Below, piece after piece: positions 11,657-20,605 of a DNA stretch of 64,000 nucleotides. The translations under genes were made by a program, and so were the position numbers. The notes below the pieces were generated by a model, which was not told where the DNA came from, searched no databases, and saw only the letters and a program-made list of their open reading frames with translations. This DNA is from Burkholderiales bacterium. Its GTDB lineage: Bacteria > Pseudomonadota > Gammaproteobacteria > Burkholderiales > SG8-39. The first letter of the stretch is position 1. Every line of letters starts with the position of its first letter. The stretch covers positions 19,667-83,666 of the forward strand of contig JBASCW010000052.1 in the NCBI GenBank assembly GCA_049651845.1, in the 5' to 3' direction.

Positions 11657-11777
11657 GCCCGCACCCGGCGGGGGCGCAGCTGCGCTGAAATCGCCGCGCG
11701 ACCCGAAGAAGACCAAGCAGCGCATTCTGCGCGCGGCCACCGACGAGTTCGCGCGCTACGGCCTGGGCGGCGCGCGC

Positions 11778-12305
11778 GTGGACCGCATCGCCGCGCGCGC
11801 GGGCGCCAACAAGCGCATGCTCTACTACTACTACGGCAACAAGGACGACCTGTTCCTCGCCGTGCTGGAGGCGAGCTACGCGCGCATCCGCAGCGCCGAG
11901 GAGCGCCTGCGCCTGCGCGACCTCGATCCGGAGCTGGGCATCCGCCGGCTCGTCGAGTTCACCTGGAACTACTTCCTGCGGCATCCGGAATTCCTCACGC
12001 TGCTCAACAGCGAGAACCTGCACCAGGCGCGCCACATCCGGCGCTCGGGCTCGATCGCCACGATGCACTCGAATTTCCTCAAGCTGCTGAGCGACATCCT
12101 CGGGCGCGGCGTCCGCGCCGGCAAGTTCCGCCGCGGCGTCGATCCGGTGCAGCTCTACATCTCGATCGCGGCGCTCGGCTACTTCTACCTGAGCAACCGC
12201 CACACGCTGTCGACGATCTTCCGCAAGCCGCTGCTCGCGTCGCGCCACCGCGCTGCGCGGCTCAAGCACATGCTGGACGTGGTGCTCGGCTACCTGAGGA
12301 AATAG
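11778..12305 (+). CDS. TetR/AcrR-family regulator; the first canonical start (GTG 11778) lies inside the HTH, so the true 5' end is unresolved
   Basis: The same frame upstream (from about 11691) encodes SPRDPKKTKQRILRAATDEFARYGLGGARVDRIAARAGANKRMLYYYYGNKDDLF, a typical TetR N-terminal HTH. That frame has no ATG/GTG/TTG between the stop at 11619 and 11778. See the finding on the G5 run. Confidence 0.8.
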   Translation: MDRIAARAGANKRMLYYYYGNKDDLFLAVLEASYARIRSAEERLRLRDLDPELGIRRLVEFTWNYFLRHPEFLTLLNSENLHQARHIRRSGSIATMHSNFLKLLSDILGRGVRAGKFRRGVDPVQLYISIAALGYFYLSNRHTLSTIFRKPLLASRHRAARLKHMLDVVLGYLRK

Positions 12306-12336
12306 CGGCCGCGCTATGCGTATCGCAAACAGAAGG

Positions 12337-12358
12337 AACGCGATTTGAGAATCGCGTT
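12337..12358 (+). promoter_or_regulatory. Perfect 8-bp inverted repeat AACGCGAT-ttgaga-ATCGCGTT bracketing the TTG start of the downstream operon. Candidate TetR operator or start-codon-sequestering hairpin.
   Basis: Read directly. Arms are at 12337-12344 and 12351-12358. The TTG start codon (12345-12347) sits in the 6-nt spacer, with the AGGA Shine-Dalgarno just upstream. Confidence 0.35.
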
Positions 12359-13181
12359 GTGCAACGAAGTCATCGCGCCGATGCCGTTCCCGAAGCAGTG
12401 CGCGTACGCGGCCAAGCTCGGCTACGATGGCCTGGAGGTCGCGCCCTACACGATGTCGGACGAGCCGCACCGGCTCGGCGCCGCGCAGCTCGCCGCGGCG
12501 CGCGCCGCGGCCGCCGACGCAGGCGTGGCGATCACCGGGCTGCACTGGCTGCTCCTCAAGCCTGCGGGACTCTCAATCAGTACAAGAGATGAACGAACAA
12601 GAAAAAGAACCATCGACGTGATGCTCGCGCTGGTCGACCAGTGCGCCGAGCTGGGCGGCCGCTACCTCGTGCACGGCTCGCCGCAGCAGCGGCGCATCGA
12701 TTCGGGCGACACCCGCGCGGCGGCGCTCGCTCGCGCGCAGGATTGCTTCGGCGCGGTCGCCGAGCGGGCCGAGAAGGCGGGCGTCATTTACTGCATCGAG
12801 CCGCTGCTCGCCGACCAGACGCCCCTGATCAACACGCTCGAGGAGGCGGCCGCGATGGTCAAGGCGATCGGCAGCCGCAACATGCGCTCGATGCTCGACT
12901 GCAGCGCGGCCGGCCGCATGGAAACCGCGCCGCTCGCCGCGCTCGTCGATCGCTGGCTGCCCGAGGGCATGATCGCGCACGTGCAGGTCAACGACCGCAA
13001 CCGGCGCGGCCCCGGCCAGGGCGAGCAGCGCTTCGCGCCGCTGCTGCGCGCGCTGGTGCGCCACGGCTATGCGGGCGACATCGCGGTCGAGCCCTTCGAC
13101 TACGTGCCCGACGGCCCCGCTGCCGCCGCGCGCGCGATCGGCTACATCCGCGGCATCCTGGAAGCGCTGCAGGAGCGCTGA
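12345..13181 (+). CDS. Sugar phosphate isomerase/epimerase (xylose-isomerase-like TIM barrel)
   Basis: TTG start. MRIALCNEVI..., GYDGLEVAPY, HGSPQQR, IEPL and VQVNDRN follow the AP-endonuclease-2/xylose-isomerase-like fold pattern. Confidence 0.8.
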   Translation: MRIALCNEVIAPMPFPKQCAYAAKLGYDGLEVAPYTMSDEPHRLGAAQLAAARAAAADAGVAITGLHWLLLKPAGLSISTRDERTRKRTIDVMLALVDQCAELGGRYLVHGSPQQRRIDSGDTRAAALARAQDCFGAVAERAEKAGVIYCIEPLLADQTPLINTLEEAAAMVKAIGSRNMRSMLDCSAAGRMETAPLAALVDRWLPEGMIAHVQVNDRNRRGPGQGEQRFAPLLRALVRHGYAGDIAVEPFDYVPDGPAAAARAIGYIRGILEALQER

Positions 13182-13552
13182 TGCCAAGCCGCGAACGCGT
13201 GCAGGCATTCGTCGCGATGGTCGAGGAGGGGAAGTACGTCGAGGCGATCCGCGAGTTCTATACCGAGGACGCTTCCATGCAGGAAAACACAGAACCCCCG
13301 CGCACGGGGCGCGACCGGCTGATCGATCACGAATGGCGCATGCTCTCGGCGCACCAGGTGGCGCGCACGCTGCCGGGCTCGACCTTCGTGCTGGACGGCG
13401 ACCGGGTGGTGATCCACTGGACGTTCGAGTTCACCCGAAGGGACGGCAAGACCTTCCGCATGGAGGAGCTCGCGCTGCAGCGCTGGCGCGGCGAGCGCAT
13501 CGCCGAGGAGCGCTTCTTCTACGACCCCGAGCAGTTGCGCCGTTTCATCTGA
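13181..13552 (+). CDS. SnoaL-like / NTF2-fold protein
   Basis: 123 aa. The ATG overlaps the upstream stop by 1 nt. VQAFVAMVEEGKYVEAIREFYTEDASMQEN is typical of ketosteroid-isomerase-like SnoaL proteins. Confidence 0.65.
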   Translation: MPSRERVQAFVAMVEEGKYVEAIREFYTEDASMQENTEPPRTGRDRLIDHEWRMLSAHQVARTLPGSTFVLDGDRVVIHWTFEFTRRDGKTFRMEELALQRWRGERIAEERFFYDPEQLRRFI

Positions 13553-13594
13553 TTCCTTGACGCGCCGGCGGCAGGCCGTCGACAATGTAACGAA

Positions 13595-14566
13595 ATGGTT
13601 AACAGGAGGGGCGCCATGCGCAGGCTGTTGCTCGCTTCGATCGTCGCGTTCGCCGCGCCGGCGGCGCTGGCGCAGGGTTTTCCCGCGCGGCCGGTCACGC
13701 TGCTCGTCACCTTCCCGGCCGGCGGCCCGACCGACGTCGCCGGGCGCGCTCTCGCCGAAGCGACCGCCAAGTACCTCGGCCAGCCGGTGGTGGTCGAGAA
13801 CCGCCCGGGCGCTACCGGCACGCTGGGCGCTGCGGCGCTCGTCAACGCCAGGCCCGATGGCTACACGGTCAGCATGATCCCGATCACCGTGCTGCGCCTG
13901 CCGCACATGGAGAACGTGGCCTTCGACCCGATGAAGGACATCCGCTACGTGATGGGCGTCTCGGGCTACGTGTTCGCGTACGTGGTGCGCACGGACGCGC
14001 CCTGGAAGAGCATGGCCGAGCTCATCGCGGCCGCGAAGGCGAATCCGGAGAGGATCAGCTACGGCTCGCATGGCATCGGCGGCTCGGTGCACCTCGCGAC
14101 CGAGGAGCTCTCCGGCGCGCAGGGCGTAAAGCTCAACCACATACCCTTCAAGGGCAGCGCCGACATGCTGACCGCGCTGCTGGGCGGTCACCTCGACGTC
14201 GCGGTGGATTCCACGGGCGCGGTGCCGCACGTGGCGTCGGGCAAGGTGCGCGTGCTCGCGGTGCTCACCGAAAAGCGCGCCTCGGTCTGGCCCGAGGTAC
14301 CTACGCTCACCGAGCTTGGCTACGGCATCGTCTCCACGAGCCCCTACGGCATCGGCGCGCCCGCCGCCACGCCGCCTGCGGTGGTCAAGGCGCTGCACGA
14401 CGCCTTCAAGAAGGGTCTCGAGGACCCGATCCACCTGAAGGCGCTGGAAAAATACAACCAGCCGGTCTGGTACCTGTCGAGCGAAGACTACACGAAGTGG
14501 GCGCGCGAGCAGTTCGAGCGCGAGCGCAAGATCATCGAGCGCCTCGGACTGGCGAAGAAGAAGTAG
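13595..14566 (+). CDS. Bug-family (TctC-like) periplasmic solute receptor
   Basis: Has a signal peptide plus [27 protein letters not shown]...[11 protein letters not shown]. An alternative start lies at 13616. Confidence 0.88.
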   Translation: MVNRRGAMRRLLLASIVAFAAPAALAQGFPARPVTLLVTFPAGGPTDVAGRALAEATAKYLGQPVVVENRPGATGTLGAAALVNARPDGYTVSMIPITVLRLPHMENVAFDPMKDIRYVMGVSGYVFAYVVRTDAPWKSMAELIAAAKANPERISYGSHGIGGSVHLATEELSGAQGVKLNHIPFKGSADMLTALLGGHLDVAVDSTGAVPHVASGKVRVLAVLTEKRASVWPEVPTLTELGYGIVSTSPYGIGAPAATPPAVVKALHDAFKKGLEDPIHLKALEKYNQPVWYLSSEDYTKWAREQFERERKIIERLGLAKKK

Positions 14567-14574
14567 GCCGCGCC

Positions 14575-15735
14575 ATGGCGCAGAAGCGCATCGGCATCAT
14601 CATGCACGGCGTGACCGGGCGCATGGGCACCAACCAGCACCTGGTGCGATCGATCCTGGAAATCCGCAAGCAGGGCGGCGTTGCGCTGAAGGACGGCACG
14701 CGCCTGATGCCCGACCCGATCCTCATCGGCCGCGACGCGAAGAAGATCGCGGCGCTCGCCGAGCGCCACGGCATCGAGCGCCACGGCACGGATCTCGACC
14801 AGGCGCTCGCGTCGAAGAACGACGCGGTCTTCTTCGACGCGGCCTCCACGCAGCTGCGCCCGACGCTGCTCAAGCGCGCGATCGCGGCCGGCAAGCACGT
14901 CTACTGCGAGAAGCCGGTGTCGACCACGCTCGCCGAGGCGGCCGACCTCTACAAGGCGGCGAAGAAGGCGAAGGTCAAGCACGGCGTGGTGCAGGACAAG
15001 CTCTGGCTGCCGGGCCTGCTCAAGCTCGCCGGGCTGCGCGACGAGGGCTTCTTCGGCAAGATCCTGTCGGTGCGCGGCGAGTTCGGCTACTGGGTTTTCG
15101 AGGGCGATGCGCGGCGCGGCCAGCCGCCGGCGCAGCGACCGTCGTGGAATTACCGCAAGCAGGACGGCGGCGGCATCATCCTCGACATGCTGTGCCACTG
15201 GCGCTACGTGCTCGACAACCTGTTCGGGGAAGTCAGAGCGGTCTCCTGCCTGGGCGCAACGCACATCCCGTTCCGCTGGGACGAGGACGGCAGGCGCTAC
15301 AAGGCGACCGCGGACGACGCGGCCTACGCCACGTTCCAGCTCGCCGGCGGCGTGATCGCGCACTTCAACTCATCCTGGACCGTGCGCGTGCGCCGCGACG
15401 ACCTGCTCACGCTGCAGGTGGACGGCACGAAGGGCAGCGCGGTTGCCGGCCTGCGGGGTTGCAGGATCCAGAGTTACGAGAAAACCCCCAAACCGGTCTG
15501 GAACCCCGACGTTCCGCAGCCGATCGATTTCTACGCCGGCTGGGACGAGATGCCGGACGCGGGCTACGACAACGCCTTCAAGGTGCAATGGGAGCTCTTC
15601 CTGCGGCACGTCGCGGGCGAGGGGCCGTTCCGCTGGGGGCTGCTCGAAGGCGCCAAGGGCGTGCAGCTCGCCGAGCTCGGCCTGAAGAGCTGGCAGCAGA
15701 AGAAGTGGCTCGAGGTGCCGAGGCTCCGGGTGTGA
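14575..15735 (+). CDS. Gfo/Idh/MocA-family NAD(P) oxidoreductase
   Basis: ATG at 14575. [13 protein letters not shown] is the Rossmann N-terminus. HVYCEKP is the EKP motif typical of the family. Confidence 0.85.
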   Translation: MAQKRIGIIMHGVTGRMGTNQHLVRSILEIRKQGGVALKDGTRLMPDPILIGRDAKKIAALAERHGIERHGTDLDQALASKNDAVFFDAASTQLRPTLLKRAIAAGKHVYCEKPVSTTLAEAADLYKAAKKAKVKHGVVQDKLWLPGLLKLAGLRDEGFFGKILSVRGEFGYWVFEGDARRGQPPAQRPSWNYRKQDGGGIILDMLCHWRYVLDNLFGEVRAVSCLGATHIPFRWDEDGRRYKATADDAAYATFQLAGGVIAHFNSSWTVRVRRDDLLTLQVDGTKGSAVAGLRGCRIQSYEKTPKPVWNPDVPQPIDFYAGWDEMPDAGYDNAFKVQWELFLRHVAGEGPFRWGLLEGAKGVQLAELGLKSWQQKKWLEVPRLRV

Positions 15736-16907
15736 AGCGCGACGCGATCCACGCGATCGAATTGCCTTCCCCCGACGGGAAGCTGGAGCAGTATCAAGTT
15801 CGGGAACCCAAAGCCTACCGCAAGCCCGAGCGGCCTTTCACGCGCCTCGCCTACGCCGCCGCGCACGTGGTCGCCGACCCGCTGTCGGCGAAGGAGCCCT
15901 GGCTCGAGGCGGCGATCGACTGGGACGCGACGATCGCCTACCGGCGCCACCTGTGGTCCTGGGGCTTCGGCGTCGCCGAGGCGATGGACACCGCCCAGCG
16001 CGGCATGGGAGTGGACTGGAAGAATTCGCTCGAGCTCATCGAACGCTCGGTCAAGGCCTCCAGGGATGTTTCCGGAGCGGTCATTGCATCCGGAGCGGGC
16101 ACGGACCATCTTTCCGGCTGTGAAGGGCATTCGATAGAAAGGATCGTCGCCGCCTATGAAGAGCAATGCGCGGCGGTCGAGAAGGCCGGTAGCCGCATCA
16201 TCCTGATGGCGAGCCGCGCGCTCGCCGCGAGCTCCCGTTCGTCCGACGACTACGCGAAGGTCTACGACCGCATCCTCGGGCAAGTGAAGGAGCCGGTGAT
16301 CATCCACTGGCTGGGCGAGATGTTCGATCCGGCGCTCGAGCGCTACTGGGGCAAGAACGATCACTACGAAGCGATGGGCATTTGCCTTGTTGTTATCGAA
16401 AGGAATAGAAGCAAAGTCGATGGCATAAAAATCTCTTTGCTCGACAAGGACAAGGAGATCGCCATGCGCCGCAAGCTGCCTAAGGGCGTGCGCATGTACA
16501 CGGGCGACGACTTCAATTTCACCGAACTCATCGAGGGCGACGCGCAGGGCTATTCCGATGCGCTGCTGGGGATCTTCGATTCCATCGCGCCCGCTGCCTC
16601 TCAGGCATTGAGCTATTTGAGTTCGAATGAAATGGAGAAATACGACGAAGTACTCGTGCCTACCGTTCCGCTGTCGCGTCACATCTTCAAGGCGCCGACG
16701 CGCTTCTACAAGACCGGCGTCGTCTTCATGGCCTGGCTGAACGGCCACCAGGACCACTTCGTGATGGTCGGGGGGGGGCAGCAGAGCGCGCGCAGCCTGC
16801 TGCATCTCGCGGAGCTGTTCCGGCTCGCGGACGAGGCCGGGCTGCTGGCCGATCCCGCGCTGGCGTGCCGCCGGATGAAGCAACTGCTCGCGGTGCATGG
16901 AATTTAG
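15732..16907 (+). CDS. DUF993-like protein (DHDPS-like TIM barrel), function unknown
   Basis: GTG start overlaps the upstream stop (GTGA). [14 protein letters not shown]...[32 protein letters not shown] matches my recollection of DUF993. That family usually neighbours Gfo/Idh/MocA and TIM-barrel isomerase genes, as it does here. Confidence 0.6.
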   Translation: MKRDAIHAIELPSPDGKLEQYQVREPKAYRKPERPFTRLAYAAAHVVADPLSAKEPWLEAAIDWDATIAYRRHLWSWGFGVAEAMDTAQRGMGVDWKNSLELIERSVKASRDVSGAVIASGAGTDHLSGCEGHSIERIVAAYEEQCAAVEKAGSRIILMASRALAASSRSSDDYAKVYDRILGQVKEPVIIHWLGEMFDPALERYWGKNDHYEAMGICLVVIERNRSKVDGIKISLLDKDKEIAMRRKLPKGVRMYTGDDFNFTELIEGDAQGYSDALLGIFDSIAPAASQALSYLSSNEMEKYDEVLVPTVPLSRHIFKAPTRFYKTGVVFMAWLNGHQDHFVMVGGGQQSARSLLHLAELFRLADEAGLLADPALACRRMKQLLAVHGI

Positions 16908-17745
16908 AAAGCTCGGCGACGGACTCGGGATGGAAGTTTCCAGGGTGGATCTGTCCCGCCCAATTCCGGCGAACGAGTTCAAGGAACTCTGGAATGCGTT
17001 TTTCGAGAACCAGGTTCTTGTCATCCGATCGCAGAAATTGAAAGCCGGTGGGTTCCTGGCGTTTGCAAATTGCTTTGGCAAGCCCGAGCCGCACGTCATC
17101 GACCAGTTCCACCATCCCGAGCACGCCGACATCCTGATCCTGTCCAACGTCGAGAAGGACGGCCGGCCGACGGGGCTTGCCGACGCCGGCACCTACTTCC
17201 ACACCGACCACTCGTACCTCGAGGTGCCCGCGCGCGCGACGATGCTGTATTCGATCCAGGTGCCGCGGCGGGGCGGCGACACGCCGTTTGCGAATCAGTA
17301 CGCCGCCTATGACGATCTGTCTCCCGAGCTCAAGAATCGAATCGAGAACCTCGTGGCGCTGCACCATTACGGCAACCGCGACGATCTCGACAAGTCCTCG
17401 CGCACCGTGGCGTCGGTGCTCACCGAGGAGCAGGAGAAAATGGTGACCAGGGTGCGACACCGCGTGGCGCGGCCGCATCCGGTCACCGGCCGCACCGCGC
17501 TGTATGCAGTCAACGGCTCGTCCTTTGGCATCGAAGGGATGCCCGAGCAGGCGGCGCTTGCGCTGCTGCGCGAGCTCGCGCGCCACGCGACCCAGGAAAA
17601 GTACCAGCTGCGCCTGAAATATGGCGTCGGCGATGTCGCAATCTGGGACAATGCGTCGCTCTTGCACTCGGCGACGCTGACCGACCCGCAGTATCCGCGC
17701 ACGCTGTGGCGCACAACCGTCAAGGAGGAAGGGAGACCGTCATGA
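16897..17745 (+). CDS. TauD/TfdA-family Fe(II)/2-oxoglutarate dioxygenase
   Basis: The HTDHSY motif supplies the His-x-Asp facial triad. PARATMLYSIQVPRRGGDTPFAN and the distal WDNASLLHSA are also present. Confidence 0.85.
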   Translation: MEFRKLGDGLGMEVSRVDLSRPIPANEFKELWNAFFENQVLVIRSQKLKAGGFLAFANCFGKPEPHVIDQFHHPEHADILILSNVEKDGRPTGLADAGTYFHTDHSYLEVPARATMLYSIQVPRRGGDTPFANQYAAYDDLSPELKNRIENLVALHHYGNRDDLDKSSRTVASVLTEEQEKMVTRVRHRVARPHPVTGRTALYAVNGSSFGIEGMPEQAALALLRELARHATQEKYQLRLKYGVGDVAIWDNASLLHSATLTDPQYPRTLWRTTVKEEGRPS

Positions 17746-18716
17746 AGAAGCTGCTTGGCATCGCGATCGGGATCTTTTTTTCGGCAAACGCAAACGCCCA
17801 GTCATTGACGCTGCACGGGGCATCGCAGTTCAACGACGACCACGCCTTCACCAAGGCGATGGCGAAGTTCGACGAGCTGGTGAAGAGGTACTACGGCAAG
17901 CCGGTCAATTTCGTGCTGCACAAGAATTCCGAGCTCGGCCTCGAGAAGCAATACTTCGAGTACATGGCGCAGGGCAAGGCGGTGGACTACGCGATCGTGT
18001 CGCCCGCACACATGTCCACGTTCTCCAAGGCCGCGCCGTTCATCGACGCGCCGTTCCTATTCCGCGACCTCGCGCACTGGAACAAGGTGCTCGACGCCGA
18101 CGTGCTCAAGCCGGTGGCCGACGAGATCGCGCAGAAGGCCGAAGTCATGCTGATCGGCTACGCTGGCGGCGGCACGCGCAACATCTTCGTCAACAAGCCG
18201 GTGCGCAACATGCAGGAACTGAAGGGCCTCAAGGTGCGCGTGCAGGGCGCGCCGATCTGGTCGAGGACCTTTACGGCCGCTGGCATGGCGCCCACGGTGA
18301 TCGCCTACAACGAGGTCTACAACGCGATCCAGAACGGCGTGATCGCCGCCGGCGAGAACGAGGCGGCGGGTGTGGAGCAGATGAAGTTCTTCGAGGTCGC
18401 GCCGCACCTGTCGATGACGCAGCACGCGATCACCATCCGGCCGCTGTGTTTTTCCTCGAAGACCTTCAAGAAGCTCGACCCGGCGCTGCAGGCCGCCGTG
18501 CTCAAGGCGGGCAAGGAGGCGGGCGCCCACGGCCGGCAGATCGAGTCGAGCGAGGACGAGGCCAAGCTCGTGAAGATGGAAAAGGAGGGCAAGCTCAAGC
18601 GCGTGCCCTTCGCCGGGCGCGACGAGATGAAGCGCCTCGTCGATCCGGTGATGGCCGCCTACGCCAAGGAGATCGGCGCCGAGGCGATCCTCGCGCAGAT
18701 CAACGCGATCAAGTAA
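17742..18716 (+). CDS. dctP: TRAP transporter substrate-binding protein (DctP family)
   Basis: ATG overlaps the TauD stop (ATGA). Has a signal peptide (MKKLLGIAIGIFFSANANAQ) and a DctP-like body (MQELKGLKVRVQGAPIW...). Confidence 0.88.
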   Translation: MKKLLGIAIGIFFSANANAQSLTLHGASQFNDDHAFTKAMAKFDELVKRYYGKPVNFVLHKNSELGLEKQYFEYMAQGKAVDYAIVSPAHMSTFSKAAPFIDAPFLFRDLAHWNKVLDADVLKPVADEIAQKAEVMLIGYAGGGTRNIFVNKPVRNMQELKGLKVRVQGAPIWSRTFTAAGMAPTVIAYNEVYNAIQNGVIAAGENEAAGVEQMKFFEVAPHLSMTQHAITIRPLCFSSKTFKKLDPALQAAVLKAGKEAGAHGRQIESSEDEAKLVKMEKEGKLKRVPFAGRDEMKRLVDPVMAAYAKEIGAEAILAQINAIK

Positions 18717-18735
18717 GAAGCCGGCCCGGAGCAAC

Positions 18736-18764
18736 GGCGGCGGCGCAGGCCGCCGCCTTTTTTT
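18736..18764 (+). terminator. Intrinsic terminator/attenuator between dctP and dctQ
   Basis: The stem is GGCGGCGGC-gcag-GCCGCCGCC, followed by T7. The T-tract ends directly at the dctQ GTG (18765). Confidence 0.6.
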
Positions 18765-19289
18765 GTGATCAGAACGCTGACCCGCTGGTACGCCCGGCTG
18801 CTGACGTGGCTGCTCGTCGCCTCGGTGCTGATCCTCATCGTGCCGGTGTCGCTGCAGATCTTCTCGCGCTACACCGCGCTGATCCCGAGCTACATCTGGA
18901 CCGAGGAGATGGCGCGCTTCTGCTTCATCTGGTCGATCATGCTCGGCGCCATGGTCGGCATCCGCGAGGGCACGCACTTCGTGGTGGACCTGTGGCCGCG
19001 GATGAATCCGCGCGCGCAGGCCGCGGTGCGTATCGTCGCCAGCCTGTTCGTGCTGGCGTTCGCCTGCGTGTTCCTCTGGTGGGGCATCGAGTTCACGCGC
19101 TTCGCGCTCAACCGGATCTCCGAGCTCGCCGAGCTGCCGCTCTGGCTGATCCACCTGCCGTGGCCGATCGCCGGCGCGACCTGGTTGCTGTTCCTCGGCG
19201 AGCAGCTCTGGGATGACCTGCGCGTGGCGGCGGGCAAGGCGCCGCCGCCGGACGCCGCGCGCGACGAAGCCGCGGGGAGCATCACGTGA
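18765..19289 (+). CDS. dctQ: TRAP transporter small permease (DctQ)
   Basis: 174-aa protein with four TM segments, located between the DctP and DctM genes. GTG start. Confidence 0.85.
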   Translation: MIRTLTRWYARLLTWLLVASVLILIVPVSLQIFSRYTALIPSYIWTEEMARFCFIWSIMLGAMVGIREGTHFVVDLWPRMNPRAQAAVRIVASLFVLAFACVFLWWGIEFTRFALNRISELAELPLWLIHLPWPIAGATWLLFLGEQLWDDLRVAAGKAPPPDAARDEAAGSIT

Positions 19290-20605
19290 GCGGCGCGACC
19301 GTTCTCGATCCGGGCACTGCGAGCCTGATCATGTTCGGCGTGTTCTTCGCGCTGCTCGCGCTGCGCGTGCCGGTGGCGTTCGCGCTCGGCCTCGCCTGCC
19401 TGCCGGTGTTCGTGATCGAGGATCGCCTCACGCCGCAGAACCTGGTGCAGGAGACCTTCAACGCCTACAACTCGTTCATCCTGCTGGCGGTGCCGTTCTT
19501 CCTGCTCACCGCGAACCTGATGAACGTCGGCGGCATCACCACGCGCCTGGTGCGCCTGTCGCGCGACCTAGTCGGGCACTTCCCGGGCGGCCTCGCGCAG
19601 GTCAACGTGGTGCTGTCGATCTTCTTCGCCGGCATCTCGGGCTCCTCGACCGCGGACGCGGCCAGCCAGGCGAAGATCTTCATCGCGGCGCAGAGGAAGG
19701 AAGGCTACGACGACAGCTTCTCGGTGGCGATCACCGCGGTCTCGGCGGTGATCGCGGTGATCATCCCGCCCTCGATCCTGATGATCGTCTGGGGCGGACT
19801 GCTCACGGTCTCGATCGGCGGCCTGTTCATGGCCGGCATCATTCCGGGCCTGCTGATCGGGCTGGTGCAGATGGGCACCGTCCATATCTACGCCAAGCTG
19901 CGCAACTATCCAACCCATCCGCGCGCGACCCTGGTCGAGACCTTCAAGGCGATCGGCATCGCGGTGCCCGCGCTGATGACGCCCGTGATCATCATCGGCG
20001 GCAAGATCTTCGGCTGGTTCACCGCCACCGAGTCGGCCTGCATTGCGGTGCTGTACGCGGCTGCGCTGACGATGCTGGTCTACCGGGAAATGGACCTGAA
20101 GGGCCTGCACACGGCGCTGCTCGACACCGGGCGGCTCACCGGCGTGGCGCTGTTCTGCGTAGGCACCGCCTCCGCCTTCGGCTGGCTGCTCGCCTACTAC
20201 CAGATTCCGAAGGCGCTGCTCGCCAACGTCGCTGCCTGGGGCATGGGCCCAGCGGCGACCGGTTTCTTCATCGCGGCGGTGTTCCTCGTGGTCGGCTGCT
20301 TCCTCGACGCGATTCCCGCGATCGTCATCGTCGGCACCGTGCTCGAGCCGCTCGCAAAGAGCGTCGGCATGGACCCGATCCATTTCGCCATGGTCGGCAT
20401 CGTGTCGCTCGCATTCGGCCTGGTGACGCCGCCTTATGGCCTGTGCCTGATGATCTCGGCGCACGTCGCCGGCATGCGGGTCGTCGACACTCTGAAGGAC
20501 GTGTTCATCATGCTGCTGCCGATGTTCGCGGTGCTCGCGTTGATCATCCTGTGGCCGGACCTGGTGCTGTTCCTGCCGCGGCTGTTCCCGCCCGGGACTC
20601 TGTGA
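19286..20605 (+). CDS. dctM: TRAP transporter large permease (DctM)
   Basis: 439-aa polytopic protein. The GTG overlaps the dctQ stop. The sequence is DctM-like throughout. Confidence 0.9.
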   Translation: MSGATVLDPGTASLIMFGVFFALLALRVPVAFALGLACLPVFVIEDRLTPQNLVQETFNAYNSFILLAVPFFLLTANLMNVGGITTRLVRLSRDLVGHFPGGLAQVNVVLSIFFAGISGSSTADAASQAKIFIAAQRKEGYDDSFSVAITAVSAVIAVIIPPSILMIVWGGLLTVSIGGLFMAGIIPGLLIGLVQMGTVHIYAKLRNYPTHPRATLVETFKAIGIAVPALMTPVIIIGGKIFGWFTATESACIAVLYAAALTMLVYREMDLKGLHTALLDTGRLTGVALFCVGTASAFGWLLAYYQIPKALLANVAAWGMGPAATGFFIAAVFLVVGCFLDAIPAIVIVGTVLEPLAKSVGMDPIHFAMVGIVSLAFGLVTPPYGLCLMISAHVAGMRVVDTLKDVFIMLLPMFAVLALIILWPDLVLFLPRLFPPGTL

